Shown piece by piece: positions 1 to 12,200 of a stretch of DNA of 64,000 nucleotides. Location: NCBI GenBank assembly GCA_965649765.1, contig OZ287756.1, positions 56,234,001 through 56,298,000 on the forward strand, written 5' to 3'. Under the pieces are notes generated by a model. It worked only from the letters and a program-made list of their open reading frames with translations. It searched no databases and was not told the origin of the DNA. Origin of the DNA: Bispira polyomma. Lineage: Eukaryota. How positions within the stretch are numbered: the stretch's first letter is position 1; every line of letters begins with the position of its first letter. Position numbers and translations under genes: made by a program.

Positions 1-216
1 TTCAGGTCCACAGGATCGTGATCCAGAATGTGGAAGAGCTTCTTGAAGGCCTCCACAATAAAGATGAGTGCAATTAACAGGGCGAAGCTCTCTTCCGTGA
101 AGCGGGTGATGTAACGGACCAGGGCGCTCAGGTCAAACATCACCATGAAGAAGAGGATCAGAGACATCCACATACCAATCCAGAAGCGCAGAGACAGGTA
201 GTCCAGGCCATAGGTA
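1..216 (-). CDS. SLC4A10: SLC4 exon (TM4-5), runs off the window: [16 protein letters not shown]...[28 protein letters not shown]
   Basis: ctccctccag| acceptor, phase 2; ITRFTEE motif. Confidence 0.97.
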
Positions 217-3200
217 CTGGAGGGAGAGAGAAGAAAGCATTAAGGATCGGGCTATAAGGAGTGATTACAAAGTACAGTATGACCTCTATTATCTTACTAT
301 ATTGGGAGAAAGAATTTGTTTGGATAATAGAAGGTCCGTAAAATAGAAGGGCCATTTTAGTATGAATTAATACTAAAAAATCAGTTTTGTAAAATGGAAT
401 ATTTGGAAAATATAGGGACAATAGAGGTTCCACTTAATGCCTAGTCAAACTCCTTTAAAGTTGAACTCTGATAACTGGAATTACCTGTTAAGTAGAAGTT
501 ATTGTAAGGTCCCATTGCTATATTTCTAATTAAAATTTACCGTTAAGTAAAACCAATGTTTACGTTCCTTCCACCGGCTTTATATATTGATATAATTACT
601 TACCTGCAGAAGTTGTACACTATGGTCTCAAACACAAGCACAGGCCCCGTCGAGCCAATGATGGTGAGCGGCTGTCCCGAGAAGATGTGCCAGGATATGC
701 CACAGATGGCGCCACTCATCAGACTCTCCATAGCCGCCTGTGAAAGGGAGGAAATGGGGGGAGCGTTAATTATGGTTAATTAAGGTGTGTTACAGAACAT
801 CCTTCTAATAAATTTGAAGCAAAAAATAAAGTAAACCATGCTTATATACTTACATGCATATATAATACCATATATATCAGCCACTCAGTATCAATCACTA
901 TTATAGCGAATAAAATTTTCTGCAATTTCCACCAAACATATTATCGCATTTAATTGTGAAAATTTGTTTTTTTGTTTTGTGGCATCAAACTAGACCTGCA
1001 ACAAGTAGGTAGTTTTGTACCCGAGTATTCTTTTACCATTATTCGATTTAACAAGTACTCTGTTCTCGTTTTTCTTTAAAAAGTTATAGAAGAAAATGAC
1101 TCAATTGAGATCAATTTTATAAGAATATTTATAAAACTGTAAAACTGCTGACATCAAACGTGAACAGAGTTCTGTTTCTTCAAATGTTGTACTCCGATTA
1201 GTTGATAACTCTATTTTTGAACGAGTACTTGAGTAGTCTTTTACAGCCCTACAAATAAACACAGTGCTACAGTAAAATTGGCCTTCGACTGACACTGACG
1301 CACACACCCTTACACACGCACCACATCTACACTTACCCTTAGGGGTGAAACGGGTACCAAAAATGCAGCCCAAGTATCCGCAAGCATCTAACCATCCCGA
1401 CCGAATCCAGGTACCCACGAATATAGTATACACCAATCCCAGAAACCAGTCTAGCAATATGGCTGTTCTTGTAAACAAAGTCTTGTAAACAAAAACTAGC
1501 AAATATGTGGGCTAATATGGAAAATTAGGAAGAAAACGTATATATTACGTGCAAATATGAGGCCAAAGTTATTGTTTTCAATGAAGAAAACATAATATTT
1601 AATTTAGTTTATATTAGTTTATATTAGTTTTTAATAGACGTTTCAAGTACTGGAATATTAAGGATAGTGGTGGAACGATTGTCGGCAAACATCGATACGT
1701 CGGTCGAGATAGCTTATACTATCAAACATTGATCTCATAACGTCATTCATCGATTAATCGCTAAATACTGTTTCTAACTTTAACTACTAGATCTTTTTAT
1801 GTTCATATGTGATTTGAGATGGTTTTTAAGTCAAATAAAGCAATTTTTGTCAACTTTATATTTGTTTTCGTGTACCATCATGTTTACCGAAAGTTATATA
1901 GGTTAGCGGTAGATACTAAATGTCAAACGTTCGAATTTGACCAAATTCTTACCGGATCACAGCATATTCGGCCCGGGATGGCAGGATAAGTAACTTAATA
2001 CTCTATAACAATATAATTTTGTGTATAATCGATTTCAGGTTGATCATCGGTCGAAAAAATTAAGCAATTAATCGACCTGCAAAATCAAACCAATTCCCAA
2101 CACCAATTACGGATGTACTCGACAGTACTAAAATATCCCACCGTGTGCCGCCGGTCACCGATTACCTGTTCATAGCCCTACTTACAATGTTGTTGTCTGT
2201 TGCTGCTCCCAGAAGCCCCCCAAATGTGATAATTGGTGTGAGACAGGCAAAGTAGATGAAGAAGAAGGAGGCCAGACACTGGATGTCAATGGCGTCCTTG
2301 ATGTCACTTGGGTAGAATTGCAGCTTGCGCTTGACGTCTTGTACCAGGCCACCGAATAACCTGTGTATGTGTGAAAAGACACAACATGGAACAACTAATC
2401 TAATCAATTCTTTAATGGTGCTTAATCTCCGTATTCAGTAATCATGGACGGAAGAAAAAGGGTAGTTACCAGGAAGAGAGCCGGTGATGGTAAGACTGTG
2501 TTTGGTGGCCTGGTACAGGACATCAACTCTAAGCACTGGTCCTCTATATATATATCTGTCTCTATTCCATGTACAGACGGATATAGTAAAGACCAAATAG
2601 AGACGAATATATTCTAACTAGAGCTTACACTTGACGTCTTGTAACAAGCCCACGAATAACCTGTATTTGTAGATACACACAACATTGAATTTAGTTCAGA
2701 TTTTCGTCGCTTTCAACAGTTTAGATCATATCAAGATGGCCAAAGTCAATGGTGGAAGAATTTTTATTTTTATTTTATTTTATTTTTTTTTTAAATTGGG
2801 ATATTTAACGTACACTGTAGTACCTGTATAGGTTATATTGGGACGGGCAGTTGGAAATGCTGGAAGAAACACTGCATACAGTTGATCAAGGTTCTGCACT
2901 GAAACCAGCGGCCAACAGTAAGGAACTACCACCTTTCCCACATAGGCATCGACGGGATTCAAACTCACGCCGCCAAGAGGTGAGAGACCAGTGATTGTGA
3001 AGCGCAATGCTTCCTAACCACTAGGCCACCGTGGCCCCTCAATGGTGGAAGAAACCTGTGCTTACGCTTAATGTCTTGTACACAGGCCAACTTTAGTGTG
3101 AATATTCACGCACAGTTATAACAGTGCTGCGGATAACAGAAGATGTAATAATTACAATGAGTTCACTGTATTCTACTGGTCAAATGCAGTAGCAACTCTA

Positions 3201-6200
3201 TTATCAGAACCATGTTAGAAGAGACAGCAATATTTTGTTCAGATAATAAAATAGTTTCATAAAATAGAGAAGAAGACATTTTAGTATAATATATAAACAA
3301 TAGGAAACTCTAAATTTGGGAGAGTGAAATTGAGTTCATAAAAAATCAAAAACCTTTGGATAACTGAAGTTTTTGGCTAAAAATCAAGGTTTTAATGTAA
3401 TTGCAGAAGCACCAGTGTTTATAAATTTGCAAATTTTAGGTGAGCCAGGTATCTTTACAGAGTTGCTAGCCCATCTTGCTAGTAAATAAACTAAGATAAA
3501 TATTAAAAAAAATAAGACGATTGATATTTCAAAACAAATGTTTCTTACTTTATTTATTTACAAAAAATGCTTGATTTTATTAAAAAATTTAGAATTGCTT
3601 GCTTTACTGTTTAAATCTCTTTTGGTCTTTCTACTGTAGATAGTAGTCCATGTAGTTTCATCTATGAATATCAGTATAGAATATTGATTTTTTGCAGACT
3701 ACTGGACAGAGAACTTTCGGCTTGGGCTTGTAACTTTTAAGAGTTACCAGCCCGCTGGACATGTCAGTTTCACTGTGATAGTTTTCAAAGACTGTAATGT
3801 AACAGAGGCTGTTCATACCTGCCAGTTCTCTCTAATGTTGAGTCCCCATGGCCCTCACCCTCGGGTCCCCCGCCCCCATTTCCTCCCCCTCCGTCTGCGG
3901 CATCTTTCTCGCCCCCAGCCCCACCCTTCTCGTCCCCACCCCCGGTCCCGTTAGGCATGGTGTTGAGGTTCTCCGGCACCGTCGGCATCTTCTTGCGGCC
4001 CTCCTGCGAGGGGACGCTCTTGGGCGGCTCAATCCGGATGTTTGGGTCCCACTCTCCAGGTGGTAGCACCGTCACCTGATCCAGGAACTCGTCAATACCC
4101 ACCAGCAGGTCGTCACGCTTACGTGCCTTGTAGGCGATTTCATGGAACACCTAACAGTAGAGACAGAAAGTGTATGATATGGGACAGGAGGTAACCAACG
4201 AGAGTTATTTCACACAAAGTGAGAAATATTAAACCTTCAATTTAGCCGGGTTGATTGCTTCCAACCAATCAATCAATGCCTTACATATTATTTCCAACAT
4301 AGCAGCAATATCTGGCAGCACCTGACAATATTAAGCTGACACCCCTAAGTTTGGCCGGGTCGATTGCTTCCAACCAATCTATAAGATTTCCTAAGTTCCA
4401 ACATGGCAGCGCTTTCCAAAATGGCTGCGCACTTAAAAAGGGGCTCAGCCACTAAAATTGGTCCTAAACACTTCTGTTTAGTATTTATCATTGACAAGTA
4501 TTGTGTTAAATAATATGGCGGCTTTCTGAAACAAAATTATTAAGATAAAAAAATACCCAGATCTTCTAATATATTTTGAAATTATTATTCAAGCATGAAA
4601 ACTTAAAGTTAATGCTATTACTGCGCGAAAATGCATCTGTATAAGGTATTTTGTGAATGTTAAGCATTATGTGAGCGAATAACTATTACTTTCAAGGAAT
4701 TGAGTTGGAAATATGGACCCACCCACCACACCCATCCATAGACATATCCACACAGATACCTGGTCAGACATCGATGTAGCTATATCTGCCAATCTCGTAG
4801 TATCTGGTATATTTCCTTATTTATGTCACAAACAGCCACCCACTCACGCACACGCACACAACCACCCACCCACACAAAAACACCCCCTAGCCCCACCCAC
4901 CTCATCAGACATCAGTGTAGCTTTAGACCTGCCAATCTTGTGGTACCTTTCCTTATGTCTGGATACAAACACAACCACTTACACACACATACACACAGCC
5001 ACACACATACCCACACATACACAGCCACCCACACAACCACCCACGCACACACCCACCCACCTCATCAGACATCAGTGTAGCAATAGACCTGCCAATCTCG
5101 TGGTACCTCTCCTTATGTCCATGTGGCCCCAGTAAGATGAACAGGAAGCGTGTTGGTATGGGCACCTCTGTGAGGTCACCCAGGTGTGCCGACTTCTTGA
5201 GGCGGATAAAGCCCATGAGGGGCTGTTCCAGGAAGTCCACCTCCCCTACCATAATGTTAGAGGCCTCGGCTCCTGGGGGGAGCTTCTTGAAGAAGTGCTC
5301 ATTGAACTGGAAGTAAAATAAACAAAAATAAACACACATTAAAACAAGGTTGAGTTATTAATTTATTCAATAGTAACATCACTAATTAGAAGTGCAATGA
5401 GTAGTCGGTTAATCCCTCTAACCGAGCGGTTTGGCATGTGGCCTGACTCAGAAACAGGAAATGGATTACTCGCTAAGTTTACTTTTGACACACATACAAT
5501 ACATTAAACCATACATAAACATAAAATTATATATAACTAGACCTAGCGCATCGGAGAATGGATGCATATTTGTATCCACCAGAAGGACAAAGCACCCTAG
5601 GTAGAAAGCACCTTAGGTAGCAAGAACCCTAGCTAGCAACCAAGCTAGGAGCCAAGCTAGGAGCCTATGATTTCCCATTTATGCTAAAGCCTTAAATCGC
5701 ACAAGTGCAAAAATGTGGAACCAATAAGTATAAGATAGGCACTTTAAAGTTTGGCCTACCCATTTGACCTTGCACAAGGGATCCAAGGTCAAATTTGACT
5801 ACAGCAAAAGATTAGCCACCCATGATTTCCTATAGGTTGGTTTCACATCCCAAACCTTAATATTTTAATTTTTTGTGGTGATAGGGGTATTTCCTAGTAT
5901 ATTACCTTGTGCGTTGAGGGTACCCGACTCAAGTCACTGCCTTCTGTATCGACTGGAGAGAGGTGAGGGGCTGAAGCTTTTCTGTTAAAGGACGGGATTC
6001 CCTTCAGCCCTTCTATAAACCATAGCAACACAAAAAACACATGTCTCACACAGACAATATAATAAAAAAAATTTCATCTTTCAGTATGGCCGGCAGTAGT
6101 TAAGTAGCACCTTGCAATCAAGAGCTTTACAAAATCTATTGCATGTGAATCATGTGTCGCTGCATAAAAGTAGCTTTAACTACATCGAAAAATTTTTATA

Positions 6201-9200
6201 ATTATAAATTTATGTTTTAAAAACCAAAAGCGAGTGACACATAAATGAACTATTCAATTTATTTACATGTATTAATTAAAATTCAATAGTACATGTGGAA
6301 TATATAAATTACCAGGTATTCTCATAATTTAATAAAGATTTATAATGTTGCATTAGTTTACATTTGAGGTACTGTTACTTGTTTTAAGTGTATTGAGCAA
6401 GTCTTAGAAAGTCGAGTAATTTTAAACCATCACACCAACATTTAGTTCAGTTCACCCACGCAAAAGTAATATTGCAGTATATCAATGACAAAAAGTAGCA
6501 ATTTAAGACAGACAGACAGACAGACAATATATCATATAGACATCATCATTACAAAACGATACAGCGGAACTCCTTTAAGTTGAATCTCAAGAGACCATGA
6601 AAAATACAATGAAAAACATTTTTTGTCGGACAAAAGGTGCCGTATTCACAGTCTTAAAGTCTCAACTTTGTCCTAATTAACTTAACATTAATGATATTTA
6701 ATACTGCATACCGTTTGTTTTAGTGTTAAGAGCAAAGTTAACACAGAGCAAAGATCCATACTTACTGTCACACTGGAACCAAGACCAAAATCTTGACCTT
6801 AAGTAGGCCAAAATCTTAAGATTAAGTCAAGACTAAAGCCTTTTATGAATACGGCCACAGATTTTATCCACATGAAAGGCAAACTGGCTTAACAATTTAA
6901 AAGTTCTACTTAAAGACTGAATATATATCAACACATTCAAAGCCAATATGTCAATGCACGACTCCTGGAAAAATAAAAGGATATAGAAAGTTTTTAAATA
7001 AAAACACACGTCTGCACACCATACTGAAATACTGAATGTGAGAAAAAGTACCTGGCATATAAAGAAAAAAGGTACTCGCGTCAAGAAATACACAAAACAT
7101 AAAACCTCCAAAAATATGTTGTTGAAACCAATTATCTGGAAAAAAACGTTGAAAAATTGTTTGTCACTTGACAGCAAAACGTCATTGAGTACTAGTGGGT
7201 AAATCGCTCAATATATGTCACAAGATATTGAGGCAAAATGCTTTTAAATATTAGCATATATCTAAATGACTAATAAAGAAATCGGAACATTCTATTTTGT
7301 CATTACAACAAAAATCGGCGGGAATGACAAAAGGAAATTAAAACCGGTAATTTCTTTCAATGTGGATTTGGAACTTTTTTTAAAAAAAAGACAGCCTTAT
7401 CAAGCTTTATATGATGATGGTAAACTAGGCAATTTCAATAATATTATACCAATATTATGCACATGTTATACACATCAATATCGGTGCCCACGAACTCAAA
7501 ACAATAAATTTTGAATTGTCCATATATATCGATAAACAATTTACCCACTTAAGGAAATACACAAAAAAAAATATTCACAGCAAAAAGGTCAGAAAATCAC
7601 TTGACACAAGGCGTCAGTAACCATTAGTGGATTGGAAAATCTTTGTCAAGGGAACTTTGATCTGCAGTTGGCTGGCTTCTGATTGGCTAACATGGGGTGC
7701 AGGGTATTTGGGCCTTATAAAGTTAATGAATGGACTGCTTTAATCATAAATGGACTGCATGTACTGATAACCACAGGAAGACTACTGAGTATATTGATTA
7801 TAGAGGTGGGTACTTGAGGTACTGGTATAATAATTTACAGGCGAGGAGGGGTACTTTGGCTACTTTAAATGTCTGGGTATATCAATTAGAGTGCAGGGTA
7901 CCTTTATTGGTTACTCTGGGTATAACAATCAATTTGAGGGGTACTATTTGAGGTACTACTTACTATGAATGTGATTACTCTTGAAATATATGATGGTCGT
8001 ACCCCTTTTCAGTCTAATAAAAATCTGTTGTACATCTTTTATATCATAGCAGTTTCTGTTTCGGAATTTTTATGTATAAATTATCTTAATTATGATGTTA
8101 AAAACGTTTAGATCAGAAATTAAAATGGACCGGATTTTGGAAGATTGACTATATATATCATTCACAAAGGGGGTACCTTGGGTGGGTATATGAATCACCT
8201 TTGTGTACCTTGGGTGGGTATATGAATAACCTTTGTGTACCTTGGGTGGATATATGAATCACACAGTTGGTACCTAGTTTTATCAGGCACAGGACTTTCT
8301 TTTATTTCAATACAATGCATATTACACCACTTTTACACCACAAATTACAAAAATATACTCCCAGTATCCTAACAGTACAATATTGGCTTCTTAAGACATT
8401 GCGAACACCGTGCGACATAGAACATTATGGTAGCATACCCCTATCTTTTCACTGATACACACACTCTCCTGGTCCCCAAAGTACTTGTTTACAAAGTAGC
8501 TGGTACCCAAAGTACTTTTGTACAAAGTACATTTAACCCCAAAGTACTTGTTTACAAATTACATTTAACCCTAAAGTATTTGTTTACAAAATAATTACAA
8601 CCCTAATGTACTTGTTTACAAAGTACCTGATATCCAAAAGTATTTGGTTAAAAAAGTACCTTTACCCCCAGAGTAACTTGTTTACAAAGTACCTTTAACT
8701 ACAACTTACTTGTTACCTCAGCCCTAGACTCAATAAATTAAGTTTTCAATTCAAGAGTAGCCGGGTACCTTCTATTACGACACCAACTTAGATGGATTCC
8801 ATCACAACCAAACCCCTCTCAACCCCCCACCCCAACTTCTCCATCCACACAGACAGTTGCCCCTGTCTCCCCGCATCTACTCACAGTTATGGTGTTTTAA
8901 TGGCTGATCAAAGCCCAGCGTTTGTCTTGTACAATGAAGGGAGCCACAGACACAAAATGTCAACCCATAAAAATGGAGCTTTTGAGATACGGAAACCCTA
9001 CAGCCTTTGGGTGAAATCAGACCAACTTCTTCAGTCTCAGAGTTTTTTTGAGAACTCAGTAAGCTCAGACAAATTTTAGCTGCTTAAACGACTGCCCGTC
9101 TCGAGCACCTGCCCATACGGACGACTATTATGAAAACAATATTGCTTTGCCTTACAATACAAAGGCTTTTGCATGATAAAAAAACTGTTAATGGTCTTAA

Positions 9201-12200
9201 CTACTTAGCCAAAGAAAGCAGCACAGCGTTCCATCACATTGACACACACAAAGATACACAGAAAACAATAGCTTTACCTGTAAGACGTCTAAAAACACCT
9301 TGTGAAAAAACCACCTAGGAGATTGTGGTACTTAGTGTAACTTAGTGACACCCAACTTAGCCTGTTGTTATAACTCAAAATTAACCCTTAGCCAGCTAAC
9401 CCCTAATTCCTAACATTTGACACTTATAACATTTGTTTTGTCCTAGTCCTGAACCCCATTCTTTTGGAAGAGGAATCCTGTCCCCGAGCATGACAGTACC
9501 ACTAACTAAACGTAACAATATGTCTCCAATGGGGACGTGGAGGGCTGTAGTCCCAAAATAAGAAATTTGTACACAACCAGCTAGACTTAATTCAGTCTTC
9601 TTATTGAGGACACAATTTTAGATGATGTCATTTTATAAAGTCATCTGACGTAAAAAAAGGAAGGGTTTTTTTTGCTTCAGACAATGCATCTTGATTCTCA
9701 GCACACAAAATTCAACTACAGCAGAACCCTCATTATTCCAAATACAATATATTCCATTATTATGGACATACTTTCATCCTCCCACTTTTTCTAGGGCTGG
9801 GAAGAGTGGTAATTTTTGCACTCGAGTACTCTTTCACCATTTTACTTTCCTCTTCAACAAGTACTTTTTTTTAGCGATAAAAGATACAAAATGGCTCACT
9901 TTCCATTGAAATATATCAGAAATTGACTTATTGTCATCTGTATGCAAATATATACAAAAATATATTAATATTTACCCGGGAAGGAGTACTCTTTCCTCCA
10001 TTTTGCACTCTTAAAATATTCATTAGATACTCCATTCTTTAACGAGTACTCGAGTATTCTTTAACAGCCTTAAATTTTCTTCCCTAAATTCTTCTTTTAT
10101 ACTATTATAATATTACCTCTTGCAAATTTACCTGCAAAAAAATCACCTTTTATTACATCCGAATAGAATTTTTCTCTCTCTCAACATGTACGAATAATAG
10201 AGGTTCTACTCAATCTACTGTTTTATATATATTAAATCAGAGGTCCAATTTTCTTTGCTCACTGTAAGCCCCAGTCCCCCCCTCCCCCTTAACCACCACA
10301 ACCACCTTACATAGTTTATCTTGTGAGTGAATCTTTGTAAACCCCCCACAACCTATCATTATATCATCATGGAGGACACATAACATGGAAATATATGCTA
10401 TTAGGAGGTTATTATTAAGCAAAGGTTTGCGGAGGGTTTTTAAATTAAAAAAAAAAAAAAAAAAATAGGGAATGAAAGTAGGCGGCAAACCCAAAGCATG
10501 CGGCGTGGATTTCCTCCGTTTGTACTCAGCAGATGGACTGGTGAAATCTAGAAAAATAGGAAGGTAAAACCATACAGCTTTAACAACACCTGAGCAGCAT
10601 TATGGTACACTAACTAGTTCAATTATTTTTTTAAACAGTTTTTTTAATTTAAATATGTATCACTCATACTACACCAATTTAAATTAATATTAGTTGTTCT
10701 TGAACAGAAAACACCAATTTGTATCAAAAACACTGGCTTTTGGCTTTAATTTAATATAAACATTAAAAAATATGTAACAATCGTTAAATACAAAAAAACT
10801 ATATAAACATTCTGTCTTTTTGAGTTTAATAATGAAAAAGATTTCTTGGAGCCTAAGTGACCCCAAGAAGATAAAAAGCACAGTACTCGCCCTACTGGGC
10901 TCATATTACAAAGTTGATCTTCTTTCATCATATAATTTTTTTATTACACACTACTTGGATAGTTTTACTATTATATATTGTTAGCCCAAACAACCAGTCC
11001 TATCATGAGTTACAGAGTTATAGCAACCTCTAAAACACCACAGTGACCTTGTGAAGGTCACAGATTAATTGCCACCTGAGATAATTTAGTCAGTTTTTAC
11101 TTGCCACGCAAACACAAATCACCACCTAAAACTTTGTCGCCTGTATTAATCTAATTAATAATAATACTGTGCATAAAAGTTGAGATTTCAGTTGGAATGC
11201 AATGTCACTAAATTTACACAGCCAGGCATTTTGAAGGCAAAGATTCACTGCAATGAATATGCATCCTAAGTGGCCAACTGAGTGTATTTTAAGACATGTA
11301 TACTCATTTTAAATTTTCACACTAGATAATTTAAAGATTTTCACAAAGGAAAGTTCACTTCAATTCCAGCAAATTTATCCTCAAAATTTAAATAGCCAAA
11401 AAAATGTCCCCTTGCACTGAAATAACTATTTAATTACTATAATTCAAGTACAGATACACCAGGGCTAGTATTCACAAACTTAAGATTCTAAAATCTTTAG
11501 TCTCTATCAATTTCATTGGCTGAAAATAGTGTTTCAAATGAAAACATTTCTAAGAATTGCATTTTAATAATGTTTGTGAATATGTCCCCAAAACCTCCAT
11601 TATTATTCAAACTTCTTTGACCTGAATATTTCTTTTCGGGTACATATATGCTCTTTTATTACCAAAATTATATTGTGCTGTATGTTTTTTTTAAAATAGA
11701 GTATAAAATGTTGTTTTTTTTTATATTATTATAAGAATAAAGTCTCACTGCAAAGAGGTTTTGAAATAATAGAGGTTTTACTGTGTTTTATGCAAACATA
11801 TCAATGCATGTATAAATAGGCAATGTAGTTAAATATGAGAAGAACTAAACTGCAAATAAATATATATACCAAAAATCCATCCGTTATACAAGCCACTTAG
11901 CAGAATTTTTTTTTTCAAACAGAGCATGTTATAAAAAAGATAAACTGCCCAATATAGGAAGCAAAACCAAACAAACAAGTACAAGTCAGCTGGTCAATGT
12001 CCCTAGAGTAGAAGCTATAAATGTAGCACAGTGAAACAAGCACAGGAATGCCAGAATGGGCATTACTCTCAGCCCCCTCCTAAAATGCGAAACACAAGAA
12101 ATATACAGAAAGCGATCCTTGATCAAGTATGATGGATAACTGATATTTCTTTTTTCTTTTTTTTGACCATCAACATATCAGTGTTGTACAATACCATATG

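Noticed and set aside
2960-3038. tRNA gene
   Set aside because: The A/B boxes belong to a SINE head with body, tail and TSD; no complete cloverleaf
4713-5135. Plus-strand H/T/P-rich ORFs
   Set aside because: Antisense read-through of CA-rich DNA and the duplicated exon ends
8885-8926. Strong gtgagt donor suggesting another loop microexon
   Set aside because: No phase-1 acceptor gives an open frame, and joining to exon 5906-6012 would create TAA
12067-12079. 13-nt microexon candidate (ttttag|GAGGGGGCTGAGA|gtaatg); also 3-11 nt candidates near 9280, 15855 and 22680
   Set aside because: Frameshifting or stop-containing, or too short to distinguish from chance without RNA data
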